DNA of 52,984 bases from a virus (IMGVR_UViG_3300031885_000019:1-52984), one strand, 5' to 3'. Numbered from the stretch's first letter, positions 27,642 through 34,833 are shown. Program-made: numbers and translations. The notes: a model not told the origin generated them from the letters alone.

Positions 27642-27830
27642 TCACCGCGCCCCCAGGACACGTAGCAGGAAGTCACTGTCCTGGCCGTACTGACAAGCCT
27701 GCCGAAGAGCCGTTTCCCAGTGTGGGCCTGCCGTGGACTCCCATCGGCGGTATTCAGCTATTGCCTTATCCCAGAACACCTGTAACAGGGATAGGCACTC
27801 GTTTAGGTAGTCTTCGATTGGGTGGGGCAT
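27642..27830 (-). CDS. Early hypothetical protein
   Basis: RBS TGAAGGGAGAGAG. Confidence 0.6.
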   Translation of the reverse strand: MPHPIEDYLNECLSLLQVFWDKAIAEYRRWESTAGPHWETALRQACQYGQDSDFLLRVLGAR

Positions 27831-27891
27831 GGCTCTCTCCCTTCAGTGGTGAACCGGGGCCTATTCGCCGTAGGTCCCCGGACCCGGTAGC

Positions 27892-28230
27892 TTAGGTCTG
27901 GTCTTTCAGGTCTTCTTCTACTACCTGTTGGCAGTCTTCCGGCAAGTCCTCAAACCGAATAACCTTGCCACACGTGCCCCCCCATCCGCCGGTTGGCCTC
28001 TGGCCTACCGATTCCCCATGCTGGCAGAAGCCCTGTGGGTGAAACGGTGAGTCGGACATTGTGACGTACTCAAACACAGGCGTCCCGGTCTTATGGGGAA
28101 AGTCCTCGGATGGCAGCGGGTAGGGCGTATAAACGACGGTGTAGCGGTCGAACGTCTTGCCGCCGTTGTCATACACGGCGAATACGCCCTTCGGGTAGTC
28201 GGTCCTTGCCCGGCGGTAGGTGTTACGCAT
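27892..28230 (-). CDS. Early hypothetical protein
   Basis: YDNGGKTFDRYTVVY...PFHPQG...FEDLP; RBS TGAAGGGAGAG. Confidence 0.7.
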   Translation of the reverse strand: MRNTYRRARTDYPKGVFAVYDNGGKTFDRYTVVYTPYPLPSEDFPHKTGTPVFEYVTMSDSPFHPQGFCQHGESVGQRPTGGWGGTCGKVIRFEDLPEDCQQVVEEDLKDQT

Positions 28231-28447
28231 GGCGCCCCTCTCCCTTCAGTTGTGGTGGCAGGCTAGGAGTTTCGCCGACCCCTAACGGCCATCCCTATAC
28301 TATCGGCACGTGGGCCGGATTCCTGAATCCTCCTACTTAACCTTGCCTGTTGCCCGGAAGCCCCCTTATAACCGTTTGGTCGGAGCCTCTTGTCGCTGTC
28401 GAAGCGGTCGGGCAACAAGCAAACTCAACAGGCTACCCTACCCCGTG

Positions 28448-28648
28448 CTACCGATCCGTTAGATCAAGGTGATGGCCTTCGAAGACCGCCACTATGTTGT
28501 CTTCGTCCCGACCGTCGGCCATCACTACGGCATTTGCTATAGCATCCTCTACGCTTTCCGCCTCTACCCATTCAACAAAATCATCTGGCCCGATGCTGTC
28601 TGGGTAGAGCCCGACAACTGTGTACTTCTTTTCCTTGACTTCCGGCAT
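28448..28648 (-). CDS. Early small acidic protein
   Basis: YTVVG...VEAES...VAVFEGH; preceded by the repeated leader. Confidence 0.65.
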   Translation of the reverse strand: MPEVKEKKYTVVGLYPDSIGPDDFVEWVEAESVEDAIANAVVMADGRDEDNIVAVFEGHHLDLTDR

Positions 28649-28658
28649 GTCCTTTCCT

Positions 28659-29101
28659 CTTTTTCGTTTACAACTCTCGGTTTGTGTTTGTTGTTGCTAG
28701 GACACTCGGCCAATCCAGTATGCGCTACGCCGTCGGCTGAATGCCCGATCAAACATCTCCTTGACCGCCCGTGCTATGTCCGGGCGTGTCGCCTCCAGGT
28801 TGCCAGCCTCTACGCCACGAATCACGTAAGACAGGATCGGTCGCCCATTCTCTGCTACGTCTGCAACGCGCAAACACGTTGCTTCGTGTGGCGTATAGAG
28901 ACATGCGCCCATCCCATGCTCGCCGTGGCTGGCCTTGAATGCGTCCGGGCCAGAGTGGTCAAGCGTACAGATCGCGTTGCTGATCAGCACGTACTCCTTG
29001 ACCCGGACATCATAGGCGCAATCGCCCACCTTCAGGTTCTCATTGACATATCCCATTGCCTATCTCCTTTTTCGTTTACAACTCTCGGCTTGTGTTTGTT
29101 G
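28659..29101. repeat. 35-nt direct repeat in early intergenic leaders (28659-28693 and 29067-29101; partial third copy near 29429)
   Basis: CTTTTTCGTTTACAACTCTCGG(T/C)TTGTGTTTGTTG, one mismatch. Confidence 0.9.
28697..29056 (-). CDS. Early hypothetical protein
   Basis: RBS AAAGGAG, flanked by repeats. Confidence 0.65.
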   Translation of the reverse strand: MGYVNENLKVGDCAYDVRVKEYVLISNAICTLDHSGPDAFKASHGEHGMGACLYTPHEATCLRVADVAENGRPILSYVIRGVEAGNLEATRPDIARAVKEMFDRAFSRRRSAYWIGRVS

Positions 29102-29122
29102 CTTGTGGACCCTTACCCCGTG

Positions 29123-29416
29123 CTACCCGGCCTTCAACGTATTCGTGAACGCCTCCAACTCCATATCCGACAACTCGCAGTCAAAGCAGGCGTCCTCATC
29201 GCCCCAGAACAGTGACACCCCATTGTCGCCGGTGTAGCACGTGCCAACAAGATCCACACCCCTAAGGGCCGAACCGGAATGTCGGCGAACCTGAATGGGC
29301 GACCTGTCTCTGAGTGTGAGCAACACGGCAACATCTTCGGCCGCCTCTTCCGGGCTGTCGAAGTCGTGATAGGGGTCCTGATCGCCTACCCGCATCCATA
29401 CCTTCAGGTCTTTCAT
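29123..29416 (-). CDS. Early acidic hypothetical protein
   Basis: RBS AAAGGAG. Confidence 0.65.
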   Translation of the reverse strand: MKDLKVWMRVGDQDPYHDFDSPEEAAEDVAVLLTLRDRSPIQVRRHSGSALRGVDLVGTCYTGDNGVSLFWGDEDACFDCELSDMELEAFTNTLKAG

Positions 29417-29586
29417 CGTGTCTGACTCCTTTTCCGTTTACATTCCCTGTTGTTGCCTGTTGTCGCTGGGCTCAAAGCCAACGCCCACGCAACAGTCAAC
29501 CTAGCCGGGAACCTTCTTACCTTTATTAGGATTGCATCGCCACCGGATCATCAAGGTTAACAACGATGTTGTCAACTTAGGTTCCT

Positions 29587-29790
29587 TTACCGTGGCCCCA
29601 GCTCTGAAACGTGGGCCAGGGCCCTGTCAGCAACCTCCAACAAGCGGTCTGACTCCGCACATGTGGCCCAGAACGCTCGCCGAGCTGCCTGGTACTCTTG
29701 CTCTCGGTTCTGCTGTAGGGCTAGAGCTGCGGCGTTGGATGCGCCAACGAGCTTTGCAATGCCCCGGAACATGATCTGTCCTCTGTCCAT
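29587..29790 (-). CDS. Early hypothetical protein (best match to the candidate antisense sRNA)
   Basis: RBS AAAGGGAGAGAG. Confidence 0.6.
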   Translation of the reverse strand: MDRGQIMFRGIAKLVGASNAAALALQQNREQEYQAARRAFWATCAESDRLLEVADRALAHVSELGPR

Positions 29791-29818
29791 TGTACTCTCT
29801 CCCTTTAAAGGCCGGGGC

Positions 29819-30016
29819 TTAGATTGGCCTGTGTTCTAGGGCTGCGCACAGCTCTTTGTATGCCCGTATCTCCCGCACGGCAGGCCGTTCCTTGCAAAAC
29901 TCCCGCGCGGCCCAGCACAGGCGGGCATGGTGCGTGTCACCCGTGATGTGGCCGATATGATACAGCTCGATTAGCTGCCGGTCCTCGGCTTCTGAGAAGT
30001 CATCGAATCTGGGCAT
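29819..30016 (-). CDS. First early gene, hypothetical
   Basis: RBS TGAAGGGAGGGGAG. Confidence 0.6.
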   Translation of the reverse strand: MPRFDDFSEAEDRQLIELYHIGHITGDTHHARLCWAAREFCKERPAVREIRAYKELCAALEHRPI

Positions 30017-30197
30017 TGTACTCCCCTCCCTTCAAGTAGAGGAGGTGGGGGCGTCCCTGCCCCTATGCGGCCATCCTAGTGCTCTTGTGTCCATTCCCTC
30101 CGGTCCACGTGGCCCTTTGGGTTTGTCACCTCTAGTATCGGCCTGTTGTTCCTAATCCTAATAACGTTACGGTGACGATTGCGTTACGTCCCTAATA

Positions 30198-30226
30198 AAG
30201 ATAGACCCCCGGAGAAGGCTTGTCAA
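30198..30226 (-). promoter_or_regulatory. Early sigma70-type promoter
   Basis: TTGACA-17 nt-TATCTT. Confidence 0.7.
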
Positions 30227-30776
30227 GGGGTTTGGCCAGCAACTTTCAAGAAAGTGTATGCCCTTAAGGACTCAGATTCGTACTCCTAATAAAGGTAGCG
30301 TCCATGCCCCATGCCCCATGCCCCAGGACAACAGGCAAGGGACAACGAACGTTGCCCCCTGCTCTAGGGCAACAAGCAACAGGCAACAAACTTGGGACAG
30401 GGGGTATGCCCTATCCTGTGTTGCGTTGCGCGCTACGCGAGGGCATGGTCCAGGGAGATAGGGGCCATCCGCCTATGCCCCTTAGCATTTGGCTCATCTA
30501 TCCTTGCCTGTTGCTCTGAGGTTCTCTAGTCTAGTTCTGGTTTGACATGGCTTTGGTTTCTCTACGGTGTCGTTTGATTTCTGCTTCTGTTTCGCTTCTG
30601 TATCTAATGTCTCGTGCAAAAATCTAAAAATTTCTGGGAGGTTTTTGGCCAGGAACCTTCCCCAGGCCATGTTTAGGGCCTATTAGGAGACGGACTAAAT
30701 TTAGTTGGTGGACTAAATATCGTCCAGGGGCCCCAGCAAAAAGCAACGGCTGTTGGTTGTTGCTGGGGAAATGCAA

Positions 30777-31049
30777 CTAAGGTGCCTTGGGAGTTGCTAC
30801 TGGGGAACAGCGGGGGCACTGACCGAGATGTTCTCGGTAGTGGGTGTGGCAATAGAACACCCGCTTGATGTCGGCGGGGATCGGGGTTAGGCCATCTGCG
30901 ACCGATTGGCCGTCCCGGACTGTGAAGTATAGGCCACATGGATAGCAGTTCCAGGCATCGGCACCTGGAACTAGGCTCCGGCTTACGTCCCGCTTGAGTC
31001 CGCACTTTGGGCACCGCGGGTAGGAGGCCAAGTTACGTCCACCGCCCAT
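30777..31049 (-). CDS. Zinc-finger protein
   Basis: CPKC, CYPC, CHTH, CPRC; RBS TGAAGGGAGAGG. Confidence 0.65.
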   Translation of the reverse strand: MGGGRNLASYPRCPKCGLKRDVSRSLVPGADAWNCYPCGLYFTVRDGQSVADGLTPIPADIKRVFYCHTHYREHLGQCPRCSPVATPKAP

Positions 31050-31258
31050 GTCACCTCTCCCTTCACATCCAGGGTAACAGGGTGGCGGACTTCTGGTCTA
31101 CAGGTGGTCTTTGATGAGGAAGTAGGCGGGGGCACCGTTGACGATGAGCCAGGTGACGGCGCCGAGGGCTAGGCAGCGGATGAAGAGAACCATGTTCTGC
31201 TCCTGCCGTTATTATCGGCGCCTGCGTCCGAAACCGAAGGTGTGGGCTGGCCCGACGC

Positions 31259-31459
31259 TTATACCTGGATTGTCCGGCACTTCGTACAGACCAGCCCGCC
31301 CCCGACTGCGGGGACGAACCAGTGGAATACCTCATGGCAGCGACGGCACTCCAGGTCGCTGTCCTCACGCTCCATCAAGTCGTGTCCAGAGGTGTAGGGG
31401 GGCCTGTCTTTCAGCCAACTGAGGAAGGATAGGAAGTGACAGTAGAACCTTCTCATCAT
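31259..31459 (-). CDS. Small zinc-ribbon protein
   Basis: CRRC...CTKC; TAATG overlap with the upstream gene. Confidence 0.55.
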   Translation of the reverse strand: MMRRFYCHFLSFLSWLKDRPPYTSGHDLMEREDSDLECRRCHEVFHWFVPAVGGGLVCTKCRTIQV

Positions 31460-31713
31460 TAACCTACAGGACGCCGCTCTTCCAGCAGGCCAGTGAGGGT
31501 GTCCAGTAGGCACAGGTAGCACTCCCACCACCAGACACCATGTCCAGGTTCCCGCGAGCTGCACTGGGGGCAGTTCTCGGCGTGGTCCTTGTCCACGGTG
31601 CCGTGGACCTCGAAGTAGGGGGCGAAGAGACGGCGCCGGTGGCATCGGTCGCAGCGTGACAGGAGCCGAAAGGTTGGCTCTATGGTCCAGGAATGGGCAG
31701 GTGGGTGTGGAAT
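31459..31713 (-). CDS. Zinc-finger protein (84 aa) with putative AUU start
   Basis: Manual translation with CDRC, CPQC and CYLC; GGAGGGAG 6 nt before ATT; in-frame TAG just upstream. Confidence 0.6.
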   Translation of the reverse strand: MPHPPAHSWTIEPTFRLLSRCDRCHRRRLFAPYFEVHGTVDKDHAENCPQCSSREPGHGVWWWECYLCLLDTLTGLLEERRPVG

Positions 31714-31737
31714 TGCCCTCTCCCTCCAAATACTAAT

Positions 31738-31992
31738 CGGGGTCTAACCCCATAACCCCGTCGTCCCAGGTGCGTGCCCAAAGGCCGCTTCTCGCTCCCC
31801 GGCAGATCTGGACCGGGGCCACCCGCCACTAGTATGCGGGCCCGTGTACCATAGTTCGCCTGGGCTTTCCGCTGGTCAACAGGAACCCGGAGGTTCCTGT
31901 TAGCCCGCCGTGGCTTTCACGACGGCGGGGTAGCGGGGTTAGCGGAGGCTCCTCGGACAGAGGCCACCCGTTGCCTTGGCCTCCGCCTACCC
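31738..31992 (-). ncRNA. Candidate ~255-nt structured RNA or leader
   Basis: Promoter TTGCAA-18-TG.TACAAT (31998-32027); multiple nested helices; no ORF. Confidence 0.6.
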
Positions 31993-32101
31993 TCTTGATT
32001 GTAGCAGGGCGATTCCGGCATTTGCAACAAAGTCTTTTACCGGGGCGCTTCTTATATCAACGATTAGGCCGATATTAGGGTGGAGGTTGCCTAGAAGTCG
32101 A

Positions 32102-32142
32102 AGATAATACAGAGGGCGCCGGATAGAGGATCCGACGCCCTC
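32102..32142 (-). terminator. Intrinsic terminator
   Basis: GAGGGCGTCGGAT / ATCCGGCGCCCTC stem followed by TGTATTATCTT. Confidence 0.6.
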
Positions 32143-32235
32143 CGCTCTCTGAGGCGCGGGGTGTATTGTGGTGGAGAAGGCGGCGACCCTCAGACGCCAC
32201 CACCCCGGCCTTTGAAGGGAGAGAGCTACATTGCG
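32102..32235 (-). ncRNA. Candidate antisense sRNA carrying an anti-Shine-Dalgarno tract
   Basis: Promoter TTGCAT-17-TG.TAACAT (32242-32270); 13-bp terminal hairpin followed by a U-rich tail; 28/31 complementarity to the leader of gene 29587-29790. Confidence 0.6.
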
Positions 32236-32297
32236 GACTTAATGTTAACAGATATTCATGGGGGATGCAAGCCTCCTAATAACCGTAAACACTATCC

Positions 32298-33233
32298 CTA
32301 CAGATTATCGGCGGGGGAGTAGAGGGCGTGAGCCCTCTGCGCCAGCTCTTCGGCACAGGCGGCCGTGTATCGGCGCAACATTACCACCGACTTCCAGCCG
32401 CAGATCTCCATTATGTCACTGTCCTGGGCACCCAGGCGCTTCATCTGACAGGCGGCCGACCGGCGGAAGGCGTGGACGCCCTTGTGCTGGACCCCTGCCT
32501 CCAAGCAGCGCCGTCTGATGATCTGGAGTACGCCCCAGCCGGTGAGGGGGGTGCCTCGGATGCCACGCCAGAGTGGTGGTTCTGAGATCGTCCAGTGCCG
32601 GATGTACCTCTCTATGGCTTGAAGTGCCGCCAGGCCTAGAGGTACGGTTCTGGTTCCGGTCTTGCCTGTGACCTGAACCGCCCTGCGTTCCCAATCCACC
32701 TCCCGCATCGAGACCAGTTCCCCCTCCCTGACGCCGGTATCATACAAGACGAGAATAAGGGCCCGGTCTCTTATACCCAAAGGACTTTTAGTAAAACAAG
32801 ACTCCAGTAGTCGGCGGACCTCCTCTGTGTTGTAGGTCGGCTGCGGGGTGGTGCGGAAGGACATGAGCGGGATCCCCCGCGTAGGATCCTCATCCAGTTC
32901 CCCTTCTTCCACCAGCCAGCGGAAGAAACGCCGCAGGGCGATCTGGGCCTCGCGCAGGGTCTTGTCCTTGCGCCCGGTCCGGAACTGGATGAGGTACTCG
33001 CGCAGCAGGGCGGGTGTGGTCTTGGTGAGGTCTCGGTCGCCCAGGTAGAGACAGAAGCGCCGGGCGTCCCGGACATAGTGGTAGATGGTGGAGGGCCGGA
33101 GCCCTTCCAGGATGAGTGCGCGGCCGAAGTCCTCTGTCAGATTCAAAGTCAGCGAGCGGCTGTTAACCGCTAGGTTCCAGGTTCGAATCCTGGTCGGGGA
33201 GCCAGTTTCCACCAAGCACCCCTCTAATAACAT
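32298..33233 (-). CDS. int: Tyrosine recombinase / phage integrase
   Basis: SAM-like N-domain, RDRAL...DTGVREGEL, GKTG, HAFRR, GW...MLRRY; start ATG 33233, TTG 33215 or GTG 33212. Confidence 0.93.
   Translation of the reverse strand: MLLEGCLVETGSPTRIRTWNLAVNSRSLTLNLTEDFGRALILEGLRPSTIYHYVRDARRFCLYLGDRDLTKTTPALLREYLIQFRTGRKDKTLREAQIALRRFFRWLVEEGELDEDPTRGIPLMSFRTTPQPTYNTEEVRRLLESCFTKSPLGIRDRALILVLYDTGVREGELVSMREVDWERRAVQVTGKTGTRTVPLGLAALQAIERYIRHWTISEPPLWRGIRGTPLTGWGVLQIIRRRCLEAGVQHKGVHAFRRSAACQMKRLGAQDSDIMEICGWKSVVMLRRYTAACAEELAQRAHALYSPADNL
33151..33204 (+). other. attP core: 3' portion of tRNA-Asn(GTT)
   Basis: Anticodon arm AGCGG-CTGTTAA-CCGCT, T arm CCAGG-TTCGAAT-CCTGG, TCGGGGA-G-CCA; no canonical D arm upstream. 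Confidence 0.85.
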
Positions 33234-33304
33234 CCCCTCGGCCCGATGTCAACCCCCTCAAATGCTAACTCCGCTTGACAATTCCCGCGCCTCTTTCCGA
33301 CAAT
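33224..33304. promoter_or_regulatory. Back-to-back promoters (leftward int; rightward ncRNA)
   Basis: Minus strand TTGACA(33247-52)-17-TG.TATTAG; plus strand TTGACA(33275-80)-18-GACAAT. Confidence 0.55.
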
Positions 33305-33307
33305 GGA

Positions 33308-33478
33308 AGTGTAAGAAGGTGCCCGCTGTTCGAGGGTGGGCCGCGGCGGTCTAACCACCGTCAACTGAGGGGCGGCAGATGGTGTAGGCAACAGGCACCA
33401 ATACCACCTCATTGTTGCACTAGTGGCAACGGTGAGTAACAGGAGCTTTTGGCGCAAGCCGCGGCTCCTGTTTTTCTT
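33308..33478 (+). ncRNA. Candidate ~170-nt structured sRNA
   Basis: Four hairpins then a terminator; no + strand ORF with an RBS. Confidence 0.55.
33438..33478 (+). terminator. Intrinsic terminator
   Basis: AACAGGAGC...GCTCCTGTT followed by TTTCTT. Confidence 0.7.
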
Positions 33479-33590
33479 AGTGTAGGATGAAGTCTATTAG
33501 GAGAGCGAAGAGGATAAGGGGAATCCCCAGGACGATGATCGTCCCAAGGAACACAAATAGGAATCCAGGTTCCGGGCGTTCCTTTGGCAT
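33477..33590 (-). CDS. Single-TM peptide (37 aa)
   Basis: Manual translation MPKERPEPGFLFVFLGTIIVLGIPLILFALLIDFILH; weak RBS. Confidence 0.5.
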   Translation of the reverse strand: MPKERPEPGFLFVFLGTIIVLGIPLILFALLIDFILH

Positions 33591-33617
33591 TTAGGAACCG
33601 TATCCACTAGTTCTTGC

Positions 33618-33860
33618 CTATATTGGGTCCACCGCTACCTGTTCCGGTGGCACTTTCCATTCATCACGGCGGTCAATGGCCTTAATCCCGAACTCCATGT
33701 AGTATTCCTTACCACGGGAACGGGAGAAGGCGGCCAGGAACCGCGACGTTACGTCCTCAATCTCCTCTGCGGAGATGAGGTGTCCGTCCTTTGGCTGTAG
33801 TACGCCGCAGAAAGCAATCGACTGCGGCTGGCGGGGCTTGTTGGAATCATTGTTGTTCAT
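33618..33860 (-). CDS. Hypothetical protein
   Basis: RBS GAAGGAGG before ATG 33860. Confidence 0.55.
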   Translation of the reverse strand: MNNNDSNKPRQPQSIAFCGVLQPKDGHLISAEEIEDVTSRFLAAFSRSRGKEYYMEFGIKAIDRRDEWKVPPEQVAVDPI

Positions 33861-34056
33861 CAGATCCTCCTTCTCTTTTCCGCACCACCAGCATCCACGC
33901 TTTCCCTGTAACCAGATCAACGAACGTATCGTTGATCGTCCACCCCTTGTAGCGATCCCCTATGGCCTTTGGGATGTGGAAGTGCGGCTCCCCATCCGGA
34001 TAGGGCTTTAGAGGCACGAACCTTCGCTCGATGTTGACTCCCTGAAGTTCTGCCAC
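33847..34056 (-). CDS. Hypothetical protein
   Basis: Downstream of TTGTCA-18-TG.TACGAT (34073-34102). Confidence 0.55.
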   Translation of the reverse strand: MAELQGVNIERRFVPLKPYPDGEPHFHIPKAIGDRYKGWTINDTFVDLVTGKAWMLVVRKREGGSDEQQ

Positions 34057-34072
34057 CTCTACCTCCGCCCCT

Positions 34073-34130
34073 ATCGTAGCACCTGTATAAGCCCATTGAC
34101 AATTGCATACCCAATTTGCGATCCTAATAA
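34073..34130. promoter_or_regulatory. Overlapping divergent promoters; the rightward one heads the virion operon
   Basis: Plus strand TTGACA(34096)-18-TG.GATCCT-AATA; minus strand TTGTCA-18-TACGAT. Confidence 0.55.
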
Positions 34131-34168
34131 TGAGAGGGTGAGTGATCCTTTTGCTCTAGGAGTTTGCC

Positions 34169-34606
34169 ATGTACGACATCTACGGGCCCGGAAAGGTTAC
34201 AGGGGCCGTTACCCCCCGCACTGAACCACAGGATACGGATAAGGCGGCCAAGGAATCCCTGGCCCGGTCTGGTGCTGGTGCCCTGGCTCCCGCCCCGGCC
34301 ATTCCCCGTGCCATCCAAGACGTGATCGATGACCTGAACGCCACCCGCCAGCGCCTAAGCGAACTCTGGGCGGCAGAGTGGAAGGCCAACAAGTGGGGTT
34401 CGGTACGCCCAACTCCTCCTACCCGTCCGTCCTACGATGCCGAAAAGGTGGGGCGTGATAAGGAAATGGCTGATCTGGAGAACCGGGAATCGGAACTCCT
34501 ACGTGAGGTGAACGCAATCCTGGCCGCATCTCGCATAAACCCGCCCGGCCGTCCGGCACCGACCCAGGTGCAGGCCAAAGAGAACGCAGCTCCCCGGAAG
34601 GAATAG
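34169..34606 (+). CDS. Hypothetical protein
   Basis: RBS AGGAG; first gene of the + operon. Confidence 0.65.
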   Translation: MYDIYGPGKVTGAVTPRTEPQDTDKAAKESLARSGAGALAPAPAIPRAIQDVIDDLNATRQRLSELWAAEWKANKWGSVRPTPPTRPSYDAEKVGRDKEMADLENRESELLREVNAILAASRINPPGRPAPTQVQAKENAAPRKE

Positions 34607-34609
34607 TCC

Positions 34610-34831
34610 GTGGGTGCCCAACAGCGACTCCAGGAGCACCGGAAGAAGGTACAAGCACACCTTTCACCAGAGGCGCAACGGCGCATCAGTGAGAAGATCA
34701 AGTACCTCGTGGACAAAGGAGAGGTTCCCAATACAACAGAGGGCCGCAAGAAGGCAGCCGCAGAAGCCTACTCGATGGAGAGGACCGGCCGTCTGCGGCG
34801 TCACGGCGTTTATGTTCCAAAGGGGAAATAG
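34610..34831 (+). CDS. Small basic protein
   Basis: ISEKIKYL...AAAEAYSM; tight packing. Confidence 0.6.
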   Translation: MGAQQRLQEHRKKVQAHLSPEAQRRISEKIKYLVDKGEVPNTTEGRKKAAAEAYSMERTGRLRRHGVYVPKGK

Positions 34832-34833
34832 CG

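Noticed and set aside
109-30000. Numerous + strand ORFs in the left arm (and - strand ORFs in the right arm)
   Set aside because: Antisense shadows of high-GC coding genes; no RBS and no motifs.
28340-30520. CRISPR array or integron attC cassettes
   Set aside because: Repeats are 2-3 copies separated by whole genes, not regular 30-40 nt spacers; no convincing RYYYAAC/GTTRRRY boxes, and the integrase lacks an obvious IntI insertion.
31259-31729. 156-aa ORF from the track
   Set aside because: Its TTG lies at the start of the SD and has no RBS; the region is better explained by two genes (31459-31713 and 31259-31459).
33130-33204. Intact tRNA-Asn gene
   Set aside because: The length (75 nt) fits and TCCTCTG pairs imperfectly with the acceptor strand, but the D arm and D-loop GG are missing; attP core is the better reading. 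tRNAscan-SE would settle it.
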